The notes beneath the pieces are model-generated. The model was not told the DNA's origin, did no database searches, and was given only the letters and a program-made list of their open reading frames with translations. From the human T2T-CHM13v2.0 reference genome, Homo sapiens, in assembly GCF_009914755.1 (NCBI RefSeq), contig NC_060928.1: a DNA stretch of 64,000 nucleotides; one strand, 5' to 3'. Shown here piece after piece: positions 14,907 to 31,549 of this stretch (position 1 is its first letter; every line of letters begins with the position of its first letter). The translations under genes were made by a program, and so were the position numbers.

Positions 14907-15290
14907 TGTATTAGTCTGTCCTCACACTGCTATAAAGAAATACTGAAACTGGGTAGTTTATAAAGAAAAGAGATTTAATTGACTCACAGTTCCATAGGCT
15001 AGACAGGGGGCATGGCTGGGGAGGCCTCAGGGAATTTGCAATCATGGCAGAAGGGGGAAGGGGAAGCAAGCACATCTCCACTTGGCACAGAAGAGAGAGA
15101 GAGAGTGAAGGGGAAGTGCCATGCACTTTTAAACCATCAGATCTCAAGAGAATTCACTCACTGTTATGAGAATAGCAAGGGAGAAATCTGCCCCCTTGAT
15201 CCAGTCACCTCCCTCTAGATCTCTCGCTCAGCACTGGGAATTAAAATTCAATGTGAGATTTGGGTGGGGACACAGAACAAAACCATATCA
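14907..15290 (-). mobile_element. THE1D/MSTA-like MaLR LTR
   Basis: TGTATTAGTCTGTCCTCACACTGCTATAAAG...GAGATTTGGGTGGGGACACAG...CCATATCA. Confidence 0.9.
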
Positions 15291-15377
15291 GCTTCCATAC
15301 TGGTTCCATTTATCATTTTATCTTGTCTAAATTTAATATATTCCTCAAGTGGTAATTCAAACTTTTTAAAAAAAGGA

Positions 15378-15936
15378 TTTCAGCTTTTATTTTAGATTCA
15401 GAGGGTACATATGCAGGTTTGTTACATGAGAATTTTGCAGGTGGAATGAATATATTGTATGCAGAATTCTCATCATCTAGGTAGTGAGTGTAGTACCCAA
15501 GAGTTAGGTTTTCAACACTTATCCACCTCCTTCTTTCCTCTCATAGGAGTCTCCAATGTCTACTGTTGCCATCTTTATGTTCGTGAGTATCCAATATTGA
15601 ACTCTCACTTATAAGTGAGGACATGTAGTATTTTGTTCACCTTTCCTGTGTTAATATGCTTAGGATAATGGCCTATAGCTCCATTCATTTTGCTGCAAAT
15701 GACATGATTTTATTCTTTTTTAAGACTGTATAGTATTCCATGATGTATATGTACCACATTTTCTTTATTGAATCTAATGTTGTTTGACACCTGGGATAAA
15801 TCTGTATCTATGGTGAATAGTGCTACAATGAACATACTAGTGCAGGTGTCTTTTTCATAGAATGATTTATTATATTTGGATATATAGCCAGTAGTGGGAT
15901 TTCTGGGTTGAACGGTAGTTCTGTTTTAAGTTCTTT
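15378..15936 (-). mobile_element. Older L1 (L1PA15/16-L1PB-like) 3' portion; host of the younger L1
   Basis: CTTTTATTTTAGATTCAGAGGGTACATATGCAGGTTTGTTACATG 3' end; resumes collinearly after 22000. Confidence 0.85.
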
Positions 15937-16159
15937 TTTTTTTTTTTTTCATTATTATACTTTAAGTTTTAAGGTACATGTGCACAATGTGCAGGTTAGT
16001 TTCATATGTATACAAGTGCCATGCTGGTGCGCTGCACCCACTAACTCGTCATCTAGCATTAGGTATATCTCCCAATGCTATTCCCTCCCCACTCCCCACA
16101 ACCCACAACAGTCCCCAGAGTGTGATGTTCCCCTTCCTGTGTCCATGTGTTCTCATTGT

Positions 16160-19981
<3,822 letters not shown>

Positions 19982-20044
19982 TATGATGTTAGCTGGTTAT
20001 TTTGCTCGTTAGCTGATGCAGTTTCTTCCTAGTCTCAATGGTCT

Positions 20045-21061
20045 TTACATTTTGGCATGATTTTGCAGTGGCTGGTACCAGTTGTTCCTTTCCATGTTTA
20101 GTGCTTCCTTCAGGAGCTCTTTTAGGGCAGGCCTGGTGGTGACAAAATCTCTCAGCATTTGCTTGTCTGTAAAGTATTTTATTTCTCCTTCACTTATGAA
20201 GCTTAGTTTGGCTGGATATGAAATTCTGGGTTGAAAATTCTTTTCTTTAAGAATGTTGAATATTGGCCCCCACTCTCTTCTGGCTTGTAGAGTTTCTGCC
20301 GAGAGATCCGCTGTTAGTCTGATGGGCTTCCCTTTGAGGGTAACCCGACCTTTCTCTCTGGCTGCCCTTAACATTTTTTCCTTCATTTGAACTTTGGTGA
20401 ATCTGACAATTATGTGTCTTGGAGTTGCTCTTCTCGAGGAGTATCTTTGTGGCATTCTCTGTATTTCCTGAATCTGAACGTTGGCCTGCCTTGCTAGATT
20501 GGGGAAGTTCTCCTGGATAATATCCTGCAGAGTGTTTTCCAACTTGGTTCCATTCTCCCCATCACTTTCAGGTACACCAATCAGACGTAGATTTGGTCTT
20601 TTCACATAGTCCCATATTTCTTGGAGGCTTTGCTCGTTTCTTTTTATTCTTTTTTCTCTAAACTTCCCTTCTCGCTTCATTTCATTCATTTCATCTTCCA
20701 TCGCTGATACCCTTTCTTCCAGTTGATCGCATCGGCTCCTGAGGCTTCTGCATTCTTCACGTAGTTCTCGAGCCTTGGTTTTCAGCTCCATCAGCTCCTT
20801 TAAGCACTTCTCTGTATTGGTTATTCTGGTTATACATTCTTTTAAATTTTTTTCCAAGTTTTCAACTTCTTTGCCTTTGGTTTGAATGTCCTCCCTTAGC
20901 TCGGAGTAATTTGATCGTCTGAAGCCTTCTTCTCTCAGCTCATCAAAGTCATTCTCCGTCCAGCTTTGTTCTGTTGCTGGTGAGGAACTGCGTTCCTTTG
21001 GAGGAGGAGAGGCACTCTGCTTTTTAGAGTTTCCAGTTTTTCTGCTCTGTTTTTTCCCCAT
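20045..21061 (-). CDS. L1 ORF1p, intact 338 aa
   Basis: MGKKQSRKTGNSK...REKG...ARR...YPAKLS...LQNHAKM, canonical length. Confidence 0.95.
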   Translation of the reverse strand: MGKKQSRKTGNSKKQSASPPPKERSSSPATEQSWTENDFDELREEGFRRSNYSELREDIQTKGKEVENLEKNLKECITRITNTEKCLKELMELKTKARELREECRSLRSRCDQLEERVSAMEDEMNEMKREGKFREKRIKRNEQSLQEIWDYVKRPNLRLIGVPESDGENGTKLENTLQDIIQENFPNLARQANVQIQEIQRMPQRYSSRRATPRHIIVRFTKVQMKEKMLRAAREKGRVTLKGKPIRLTADLSAETLQARREWGPIFNILKEKNFQPRISYPAKLSFISEGEIKYFTDKQMLRDFVTTRPALKELLKEALNMERNNWYQPLQNHAKM

Positions 21062-21984
21062 CTTTGTGGTTTTATCTACTTTTGGTCTTTGATGATGGTC
21101 TTTGATGATGATGATGATGGTGATGATGGGGTTTTTGGTGTGGATGTCCTTTCTGTTTGTTACTTTTCCTTCTAACAGACAGGACCCTCAGCTGCAGGTC
21201 TGTTGGAGTACCCGGCCGTGTGAGGTGTCAGTCTACCCCTGCTAGGGGGTGCCTCCCAGTTAGGCTGCTTGGGGGTCAGGGGTCAGGGACCCACTTGAGG
21301 AGGCAGTCTGCCAGTTCTCAGATCTCCAGCTGCGTGCTGGGAGAACCACTGCTCTCTTCAAAGCTGTCAGACAGGGACATTTAAGTCTGCAGAGGTTACT
21401 GCTGTCTTTTTGTTTGTCTGTGCCCTGCCCCCAGAGGTGGAGCCTACAGAGGCAGGCAGGCCTCCTTGAGCTGTGGTGGGCTCCACCCAGTTCGAGCTTC
21501 CCCGCTGCTTTGTTTACCTAAGGAAGCCTGGGCAATGGTGGGCGCCCCTCCACCAGTCTGGCTGCTGCCTTGCAGTTTGATCTCAGGCTGCTGTGCTAGC
21601 AATCAGCGAGACTCTGTGGGTGTAGGACCCTCCGAGCCAGGTGCGGGACACAATCTCCTGGTGCGCCGTTTTTTAAGCCCATCAGAAAAGCGCAGTATTT
21701 GGGTGGGAGTGACCCGATCTTCCAGGTGCCCTCTGTCACCCCTTTCTTTGACTAGGAAAGGGAACTCCCTGACCCCCTGCGCTTCCCGAGTCAGGCAATG
21801 CCTCGCCCTGCTTCAGCTCGCGCACGGTGCGTGCACCCACTGACCTGCGCCCACTGTCTGGCACTCCCTATGGAGATGAACCCGGTACCTCAGATGGAAA
21901 TGCAGAAATCACCCGTCTTCTGCATCGCTCACGCTGGGAGCTGTAGATCGGAGCTGCTCCTATTCAGCCATCTTGGCTCCTCAC
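21062..21984 (-). promoter_or_regulatory. L1 5'UTR with internal sense promoter (YY1 site) and antisense promoter
   Basis: GC/CpG-rich ~920 bp; CAAGATGGC YY1 core near the 5' end; length fits the short (129-bp-deleted) 5'UTR type. Confidence 0.85.
21535..21843 (+). CDS. L1 antisense ORF0, open for 102 aa
   Basis: GCAATGG Kozak context; MVGAPPPVWLLPCSLISGCCASNQRDSVGVGPSEPG matches the ORF0 N-terminus. Confidence 0.7.
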   Translation: MVGAPPPVWLLPCSLISGCCASNQRDSVGVGPSEPGAGHNLLVRRFLSPSEKRSIWVGVTRSSRCPLSPLSLTRKGNSLTPCASRVRQCLALLQLAHGACTH

Positions 21985-23300
21985 CTGTTTTAAGTTCTTT
22001 GATAACTTTCCAAACTGCTTTTCACAGTGGCTGAACTAATTTACATTCCTACCAACAGTGTATCAGCATTCCCTTTTCTCTGCAACCTCACCAACATCTG
22101 TTATTTTTTGACTTTTTAACAAAAGCCATTCTGACTGGTGTGAGATAGTATCTCATTGTGGTTTTGATTTGCCTTTCTGTGATGATTAGTGATGTTGAGC
22201 ATTTTTTTTCATGTGATTGATTGCTGGTCACTTGTATGTTGTCTTTTGATAAGTGTCTGTTGTAATGTCTTTTGCCCACTTTTTAATAGGGCTATTTGTG
22301 TTTTGCTTGTTGAATGTTTAAGTTCCTGATAGATTCTGGATATTAGATCTTTGCCATACCCATAGTTTGTGAATATTTTATCCCATTCTGTAGGTTGTTT
22401 ACTCTGTTGATAGTTTTGTGGGTTTTCTTTTTTTGCTGTGAAGAAGCTCTTTAGTTTAATTAGGCCCACTTGCCAATTTTCATTTTTGTTGCAACTGCTT
22501 TTGAGGATTTAGTCATAAATTCTTTCCCAAGACCAATGTCCAGAATAGTGTTTACTAGGTTTCCTTCTGGGAGTCTGATAGTTTGAAGTCTTACATTTAA
22601 TTTTTTAACTCAACTTGAATTAATTTTTGTATATGGTGAAAGGGAAGGGTCCACTTTAATTCTTCTGCCTGTGGATAGCCAACTGTCTCAGCATTATCTA
22701 TTGAATAGGGAGTCCTTTCTCCATTGCTTATTTTAGTTGACTTTGTCAAACATCAGATGGCTGTAGGTGTGCAATTTTATTTCTGGGTTCGCTATTCTGT
22801 TTCAGTTGTCTGTGTGTCTGTTTTTGTACCAGCACCACACTGTTTTGGTTACTATAGCATTATAGTACAGCTTGAAGTCGGGTAATTTGATGCCTCTGGT
22901 TTTGTTCTTTTTGCTTAGGATTGCTTTGGCTAGTTGGGCTCTTGTTTAAGTCCCAAGTAAATTTTAGCATAGTTTTTCTTTTTATTAATTCTGTGAAAAA
23001 TTACACTGATAGTTTGATAGGAATAGCTCTCAATCTATAGATTGCTTTGGGCATTGTGGGCACTTTGAAAATATTGATTCCTTGAATCCATGAGCATGGG
23101 CTGTTTTTCCATTTGTTTGTGTCATCTATGATTTTTTGCAGCAGTTTTTGTAGCTTTCCTTGTAGAGTTTTTTTCACCTTCTTGGTTAGATGCATTCCTA
23201 AGTTTATTTTTTCTTTTCTTCTTTTTTTTTCCGGCTGATATAAATGGGATTGGATTCTTGATTTGGCTCTCAGCTTGAACATTATTGGTGTATAAACTTT
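21985..23300 (-). mobile_element. Older L1 continuation (ORF2 3' region, 5'-truncated)
   Basis: Degenerate ORF2 peptides (TTMRYYLTPVRMA, DTNKWKNSPCSW). Confidence 0.9.
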
Positions 23301-24020
23301 TATATTTTGAAGAAGACATTCTTGAACAAAAATATGGAAGGAAACTTAATGTCTGATATACTGCAGGTACTTAGCAATATCAATTAGTAATTTTAGTTTA
23401 CTATTGATATTGATAATAACCTCAAAGTGTTAAGTGCCTCGTGAACAAGAAATGAGAAAGTGTTTTGAAATTATGTAGGCATTTTCAAAATTATATTGCT
23501 ATCATTAGCCTTTATGTTGTTTTTATTTCCTGAAATATTTAATTTGCATATTTATTTGCTCTCTAATTCATATAGCACTTTTTCAAAATACAGAGTAATG
23601 CAAAAACAATTACGAACAATGTAAGCGAACATTCGTTATAGTATATTTGTAAATGCTACAATTAGAAAAGAGAATTTAGGTAATACTTTCCAAATATTGT
23701 TATAACACTATCACTTTCTTTAAGCATTTTCATATGTTAAGCCTTATTATATACCTTTCTCATGCATTAAGCTTAATGAAAACAGGCCTCTTTAATAGAG
23801 TGAACTAAAGGATAATTTTTATATTTTTTCTAATCTATTTTAATTTTATTAATGTAATTATTTTTCAAAGCTTCATCAATGTAGGCTAAATTCAAAGATT
23901 GTTACTGTATTTGTGTATTTTTTACCTTTATTTACAGTTAAATATTATAAAAATTGTACAACAGATAAGCTAATCATGGGCAAAAACACTGAAAAGAACT
24001 TATTATAATCTTTGACTTTA

Positions 24021-24316
24021 ATTTTTTTTATATTTTTTGAGACGGTCTCACTCTGTTGCCCAGGCTACAGTGCAGTGGTGCAATCTTGGCTTAATGCAAC
24101 CTCCGCCTCCCAGGTTCAAGCAATTCTCCCACCTCAGCTTCCTGAGTAGATGGGATTACAGGTGCCTGCCACCACATCCGGCTAATTTTTGTATTTTTGT
24201 AGAGACAGGGTTTTACCATGTTGGCCAGGCTGATCTCGAGCTCCTAACCTCCGTGATCCACACGCCTCGGCCTCCCAAAGTGCTGGGATTACAGGCGTGA
24301 GCCACCGTGCTAGGCC
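24021..24316 (-). mobile_element. AluS SINE with TSD
   Basis: TSD AATCTTTGA(C/T)TTTA at 24007-24020 and 24317-24330. Confidence 0.95.
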
Positions 24317-24532
24317 AATCTTTGATTTTAATGATACACTTGAGATAATAAAAAAGATTAAAAAAAACCTAGTTAATATTTTTGCCATATTTTGTTCTCA
24401 TTTAAAAATAAATGGAAGCTAAAAAATGTCAACCATCTTAAGAAAAATTTATAATTTTATGGCAAAAGAAAAAAAAAACGTTTAATGTGGAAGGCTAAAA
24501 CAAGAAGTTAGATTGAAGACACATACATCATC

Positions 24533-24793
24533 TTTTTTTTTTTTTTTTTTTGAGACGGAGTCTCGCTCTTTCACCCAGGCCAGAGTGCAGTGGCGCGCTA
24601 TCTTGGCTCACTGCAAGTTCTGCCTCTCGGGTTCACGCCATTCTCCTGTCTCAGACTCCCGAGTAGCTGGGACTACAGGCGCCCACCACTGCGCCTGGCT
24701 AATTTTTTGTATTTTCAGTAGAGACGGGGTTTCACCATGTTAGCCAGTATGGTCTCGATCTCCTGACCTTGTGATCCACCCACCTCGGCCTCC
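24533..24793 (-). mobile_element. AluY (Yk-like diagnostics), 5'-truncated by ~40 nt
   Basis: GGGTTCACGCCATTCTCC (Y); minus strand AGATAGCG...CTGGCCTGGGTGAAAGAGCG; degenerate TSD CACATA...ATCTTTT. Confidence 0.9.
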
Positions 24794-25260
24794 CACATAT
24801 ATCTTTTAAAACCCCTTAAAAGATGAAAAAAAATAAGTAATAGAGTGTGCCACTTTCATTTGAAATAATTCTTAGAAAAGAACAAGCAGAAATCTGATTG
24901 ATAACTCAGAGAAAGAAATAACTAACACAAATAACAGCCATAAATATGCAGAATAAAAGAATGCAAAGGTAAACAGAAGTTAGCACATACAAATATGAAA
25001 ATGCAATCGGAATTCTCGAATATTTTCTAGAATAACAGCACCGTAAGTGAGAGGCAACAAAACACACTAAACTGAAGAAGTAACATAGTAGAAACAGAAT
25101 TTATGAAAACAAACAGACAAAAAGAAGATTTTAGTATAAGTAAAATTACTGTTCTAGACATTCCTACATCCATAAATTGTGACACTTGATATGAAGAAAA
25201 AAATCCTATAAATTAAGAAGTTAAATTGTCTTAAACGGGATATTGTAAAGATATAGTAGT

Positions 25261-25617
25261 ACAGTTGCCTCCATCATCCACAGTTTCACTTTCTGTGGTT
25301 TCAGTTACTTGTGGTCAATGGACATCCAAATCCAGTAAGTGAAAAATTATAGTTTATGAGTTTTAAATTGCATGCTGTTCTGAGTCACATAATAAAATCT
25401 TGTTGCCATCCCACTCTGTCCTTCCCGGGTGATGGAGCCTTCCTTTGTCCAGTGTATCCATCCTATATACACTTCCTGCTAGTTAGTCCCTTCGTAGCCA
25501 CCTCATTATCCGATCAAAAAGACATAGTATTTATAGGGTTGAGCACTATCTGAGCTTTCAAGCATCCACTGGGGGACTTGGATCATTTGGCCTATGGATA
25601 AAAGAAAACTATTATGT
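25261..25617 (-). mobile_element. MER44 (Tigger7-derived) DNA transposon
   Basis: CCCCCAGTGGATGC...GATAGTGCTCAACCCTATAAATACTATG on the minus strand. Confidence 0.75.
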
Positions 25618-25879
25618 ATCTGATTTAATAATTGAAGGATTAAAGAAATGCAAGGTGCAAGATAATAGTACAAAAAGAAAAATGATGTAAATATTAAAGA
25701 AAAGAGAAAAACGTTTGGAGCACAAATCTACCAGTTTAATAGATAAAATAATCTTTGTTATAATCATAATCATAAAAAGGTTTGTCTCAAGTTCAAATAA
25801 AGACAAAAATCTTAAAACTAAAAAGACCTTATTGACTAACACATCAAATTAAAAAAAAAAAGACAGAGGAAAAGTACAG

Positions 25880-26035
25880 ATAAGGTAAGAAATAATGATT
25901 TGTAGTTTCTGTTTCTACACTGATTTCACTTATCATTTTGGCTCTTCTAAATCTAATGTATTCTTCAAAATGCAATAGAGGAACTTTACAAAAATCACAG
26001 GAAAATATCTTTTCCATATAATGACTTATTTTCCT
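25880..26035 (-). pseudogene. Candidate exon fragment
   Basis: Open frame RKISHYMEKIFSCDFCKVPLLHFEEYIRFRRAKMISE after CCCAG|, abutting an L1 3' fragment; donor unclear. Confidence 0.35.
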
Positions 26036-26039
26036 CTGG

Positions 26040-26150
26040 GTAGATACAGGTGATGGGTGCACCAAAATCTCCGAAATCATCACCAAGAACTTATTCATGT
26101 AGCCAAACACTAACTGTTCCCCAAAAAACTATTGAAATAAAAAATAAATG
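26040..26150 (+). mobile_element. L1MA-type 3' end fragment
   Basis: GGTGATGGGTGCACCAAAATCTC...CTATTGAAATAAAAAATAAA. Confidence 0.8.
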
Positions 26151-26482
26151 TATATACTATGTATATAAATGTATAATTAAAAGTATATGGCATGGTCTTA
26201 GAATAGAATACCAGAAGCTACTAAAATTTACAATTGCAAATTATAAATATTTATATTGATTGATACTGTACAATATTTACCACTCAATCAGGTAAAGAAG
26301 AATGTTGAAAAGCAATAATCAGGTAAGATCTGATGTTTGTTAGGCAAATATTTTAAAGTGTATTTATGCCTGGAAAAGAAGCCCAGAAGAATAAACACCA
26401 GAAGTAGCCAATATTTAGCTATTCAGAGGAGTGGGGTAAATGATGAGTGGGTTGGTTTTTTAAAAAAATTATCTGTATTTTC

Positions 26483-26529
26483 ATAGCACCACTGCACTCC
26501 AGCCTGGGTGACAGAGCGAGACTCCGTCT

Positions 26530-26568
<39 letters not shown>
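26483..26568 (+). mobile_element. Severely 5'-truncated Alu (48-nt body plus long A tail)
   Basis: TSD AAAAAAATTATCT(G/C)TATTTTC at 26462-26482 and 26569-26589; TT|AAAA endonuclease site. Confidence 0.92.
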
Positions 26569-26577
<9 letters not shown>

Positions 26578-26946
26578 ATCTCTATTTTCTAAATGTTCTA
26601 CAACGAAAGTGAATTATTTTTGTAATAAAGAAAATATATCACTTGAAAAAAATCACAAGAAAGTATATTCTACAACTGTAGACATATACATTCAAAACCT
26701 AGGTGAAATTAATAAATCTCTAAGAAAATAGTGTTTACCAAAATTGATTACAGTAGAAAGAGAATGATTAAAGATATTAATTTTCATACATAGCTATACA
26801 AATTATCAACATTTTAACCACGGAGGTGATATATTACGGAGTATTGAATGGTGAGGAAATACCAGTTCTGGATGAATTCTTAGAGGACTTCGGCCAGATT
26901 TTCTTTTTTAATTTAAAAATAGTTTTTGTTAAAAATGCTAATGATT

Positions 26947-27246
26947 GGCCAGGCCAGGTGGCTCACGCCTGTAATCCCAGCACTTTGGAAGGCCGAGGCA
27001 GGCGGATCACGAGGTCAGGAGATCGAGACCATTCTGGCTAATACGGTGAAATGCTGTCTCTACTAAAAATACAAAAATTAGCCGGGTGTGGTGGCACACA
27101 CCTGTAATCCCAGCTCAGGAGGCTGAGGCAAGAGAATTGCTTGAACCCGGGAGATGAGGTTGCAGTGAGCTGAGATCACATCACTGCACACCAGCCTGGG
27201 CGACAGAGCAAGACTCCATCTAAAAAAAAAAAAAAAAAAAAAAAAA
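26947..27246 (+). mobile_element. AluSc/Y-like SINE
   Basis: Full dimer; TSD core GCTAATGAT on both sides. Confidence 0.95.
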
Positions 27247-27257
27247 GCTAATGATGG

Positions 27258-27945
27258 TCTGGGCCTTCAGTGACTCATAATCTTTTTGCTGGTGGAGGTT
27301 CTTGCCTAGATGTTGATGGCTACTGACTGATCAGGGTGGTGGTAGCTGAAAACTAGGATGGCTGTGGCTATTTTTTAAAATAAAGCAATAATGAAGTTTG
27401 CTCTATCACTTGACTCTTCCTTTCCCAAAAGACTGACTATAGCTTGTAATGCTATTTGACAGCATTTTACTCACAGTAGAAACTCTTTCAAAGTTTAAGT
27501 CAATTCTGTCAAACCCTGGTAGTTACTCAGCAGTTAAGTTTACAAAATATTCTAAATCCTTTGTTGTCATTGCAACGATGTTCACAGCATCTTCACCATA
27601 AATAGATTTCATTCCATCCCAAGAAACCACTTTCTTGGCTCATGCCTAAGCAGCAATTCCTTATTCATTCAAGTTTGATCATGAAATTGCAGCAATTCAG
27701 TCACATCTTCTGGCTTCACTTCTAATTCTAGTTCTCTTGCTGTTTCCACCCCATCTGCAGGTACTTCCTCCATTGAAGGCTTGCATCCCTCAAAGCCATT
27801 CATGAAGGTTGAAATCAACTTCCTCCAAACTCCTGTTAATGTTGATATTTTGACATTTTATTATGGAAGCCATAAATCATTAATGGTTTTAATGGCATCT
27901 AGGATGATTGTATGCTTTCCAGAAGATTTTCAATTTACTTTGTCT
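27258..27945 (-). mobile_element. Tigger1 internal (transposase) fragment
   Basis: AATCTTTTTGCTGGTGGAGG...GATGTTGATGGCT...GAAATTGCAGCAATTCAGTCACATCTTC. Confidence 0.85.
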
Positions 27946-28159
27946 CTATCGAATTTTTAAAGATATACAATTTAAATGTTATATGTACTATTCCAGATCT
28001 CTGAAAAAGATTTAAAATTTTAAATTATTTTTATGAAACAAGTATATTGATGATAAAAGCTAGTAAAATCTGGAGAAAATATCAACTAAACAATATAACT
28101 TATGAATAATGATGAAAATATCCTGAATAAAATACTAGCAATGTTAATCTGAAGTTATT

Positions 28160-29500
28160 GTGTGCAGTATTCATTACATGCATTTAGATTAAGTTGTTCA
28201 AAAGTACTGATCAATTTTTCATATATTTATTATTTTTGAACTGCTTAGTCCATCATTTAGTAAGAGGCTAAATTCTCCAACAATGATTGTAGATATGACT
28301 ATCGCTTTAGTTCCCATCATGGTAACTTCATAAATGTAAAAGCTCTGTTATTATATGCATACAAATTATTGATTGTTATGTCTTCCTGATATATTAGCTC
28401 TTTTATTGCATGACATAGGTCTCTATATCTATGGCCTGTCTATCATGTGAACACTCCTTGTCTTGAAGTCTGTTTTGTTTATTTTAATATAGGCACACAA
28501 TCTCTCTTGTATATTGTTTGCGTGGTACATTTTACCCTTCTCTTTACTTTCAAATCTTCATATTTTTATAGTTAAAATGTCTCTTGTGAATAGCATAGAA
28601 ATGAGTCTTGCTTTTTAATCTAGTCCAACAACTTGGCCTGTTAATTATAGCTTTCTTGGCTTCTTTTGGATTAACCTAGTAATTTTTCATATTTGGTTTT
28701 ATATACTTTATTGGCTTTTTAGATACATACTGTTGCTTTAAATTTAATGTGTGCTGAATGGATTACAATGTGCATCATTAACTTATATCACATCGAGTTT
28801 TAAATTAATATTATACTACTTTACATACAATTCAAGAAATTTAAAAATGTATAAGTGATTTTAACATCCACCATTTATATAAATCATACATCTCTGTAAT
28901 TGCATTTATAAACTGATATATAAACAATGTACATATATAAATATATACTTTTATATATCAGTGTTCATATATATAAGTATATACTGATATATGTATCAGT
29001 TTGTACATATATACAGCTGTGTGTATATATATACATATACATAACTTCTGTGTTTGTTATAAATCCCGTAATATACAGGATTTGTATAGGATGAAAAGTT
29101 AAACCACTTATAATAATGATAAGAAAAAAATGTTCTTGGTATTTATGCATTTTTTTCTTTTCTATTGATATTAAAGTTTCCACCATAATTTTGAAGACTC
29201 TTCATCATTAATTCTTCAAATGTTTATTTATTCTGTTCTTTCATTTCTTTTCTCATGGGAATCCAATTACAAAAATATCAAATCATACGTTATACTTCCA
29301 ATTGTCTATATTGATATCAGTATTGATAGCTGTATGTCTCTAATATATATTTTGGGTTAGCTTATCCCTCCTTTTTTAGTTTTATGTATTGTATATTTCG
29401 TTTCTGAAATTTCCACTTGCTTCTCTTTCACAGTTTCTGTTTCTCTCCTGAGATTACCCACCTGTTCACCCATTCAGTCAATATTTTCCTATAAATCTTT
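28160..29500 (-). mobile_element. Ancient L1M fragments with TA-rich expansion at ~28870-29045
   Basis: T-rich strand bias, EN-domain-like sequence on the minus strand. Confidence 0.6.
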
Positions 29501-29509
29501 TAAATAATG

Positions 29510-31540
29510 ATAACAGCCAAAGTCATTGTATAATTATAAAGATGTCAGTTCATCAAGAAGTTATACGTATTATAAACACATTTATATATGTATCTATAAG
29601 AGCATCTAAATATATAAATAAAATATTAATAGATCAGAAGAAATAGACTACAATATAATAATAATAGTGGACTTCAATACTCCACTTTCAGCAATGAACA
29701 GATCATCGAGACAGAAAATCCATAAAGACCTATTGGACCTGAACTACACTTTAAGCTAAATGGACCTAATAGATGTATGCAGAACACTTTATCCAATAGC
29801 AGCAGAATATACAGTCTTCTCAAGCACATTATCTAGGATAAATAATATGTTAGGCCACAAAATAAGTCTTAAACTTTTTAGAAGATTGAAATCATGTCAA
29901 GTATACTCCCCAACCAAACTGAAATCATGTCAAGTATCCTTCCCAGCCAAAATGGTAAATACTATAAATCAATAATAGTAGGAATTTTAGAAAATTCACA
30001 ATTATGTTGACCTTAAACAACATTCTTCTTAAAAACCAATTAAAGAAAAAATTAAAAAGAAAATAATTTTTTGAGACAAATGAAAATAGAAAACACAACT
30101 TATCAAAACTTATGAGACACAGCAAAAGCAGTTTAAAAGGGAAGTTTATAGAAGTAAACTTAATAATAATAGAGAGAAATAACTTAATGTTATTAGGTTA
30201 TTTAATAACTTAATGAAATAACTTAATGTTCAATCTACTGTTGATGGTGCCATATACTCATGTAACAAACCTGCATGCACATGAACCCCTTGTTTCAAAA
30301 ATAAAATTTGAAATTGTTAAAAATAAAATAAAAAGAAAAGAGAATGTAAAAACAACTTCAGAAAACTAGAAAAAGAAACAAAGCTCAAAGCTAGTTCAAG
30401 GAAAGAAATGAGAAGAATCAGAGCAGAAATAAATGGAAGATAGAAAAATAATAGAAAAAAATAGAAATTTAGTTTGCTTTTGAAAAGATGACATCAACAA
30501 ACCTTTATCTAGACTAACAAAAAAGAAGACTCAGAAATAAATAAAATAAAAAATGAAAGAGAAGACATTACAACTGGTATCTCAGAAATACAAAGGATCA
30601 TAAGAGACAAATACTATGGACAACTATATTCCAATAAATTTGATAACCTAGGGGAAAAGGAAAATTTTTTAGATGTATACCTAGACTAAATCATGAGGAA
30701 ATAGAAAATCTGAACAGACCAATAAATAAGGAGATTGAATCAGTAACAAAAAGTCTCCTATCAAAGAAAAGCCCAGGACCTGTTGGCTTCACTGCTGAAT
30801 TCTACCAAACATTTAAAAAACTAATAGAAATTCTTCCACAAAAATGAAGGTGGGAGAAAACTTTCAGACATACTTTATGAGACCAGTATTATCTTGATAC
30901 CAAAGCCAAGCAGAGACACACACACACAAAAGAAAATTATAGACCAATGTCCTTCATGAACATAGCTGCAAAAATCTCCAGCAAAATACTAGCAAACCAA
31001 ATTCAACAGTACATTAAAATAATCACATACCAACAGCATATCTGAGATGCAAAGATAGTTCAATATAGGCAAATAAATAAATGTGATACAGCATATTAAC
31101 GGAATGAAGGAAAAACTCATGCTATCATTTCAATAGATACAGAGAAGGCATTTAACCAAATTCAACATTCTTTCATGGTAAAAACTCTCAACAAATTAGG
31201 TATAGATGGAATATACTTTAGCACAATATAGGTCATATATGATAAACCATAGCCAACATCGTAATCAACAGTAAAAAGTTGAAAGCTTTTCCATTAAGAA
31301 TAGGAACAAGACAAAGATGCCTATTCTTACCACTTTATTCAACATAGTGCTGGAAGCTCTAGTCAGAGCAATTGACAAGACAAAGAAAAAAGCACCCCCA
31401 TTGAAAAGGAAGAAGTGAAATTGTCTCTGTTCATTGATAACATGATTTTACATGTAGAAAACCCTAAAGACTCCACCAAAAACTTGTTAGAAATAATAAA
31501 CGAATTAAGTAAAGTTGCATGGTATGAAATCAACACACAA
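29510..31540 (+). mobile_element. L1MA/MB ORF2 fragment
   Basis: MDLIDVCRTLYP peptide, AAAAGCCCAGGACC...CTTCACTGCTGAATTCTACC, RT region; short L1 3' end inserted at ~30250-30330. Confidence 0.85.
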
Positions 31541-31549
31541 TAGAACTTA

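Noticed and set aside
29888-29950. ~33-bp tandem duplication in an old L1
   Set aside because: Ordinary slippage duplication.
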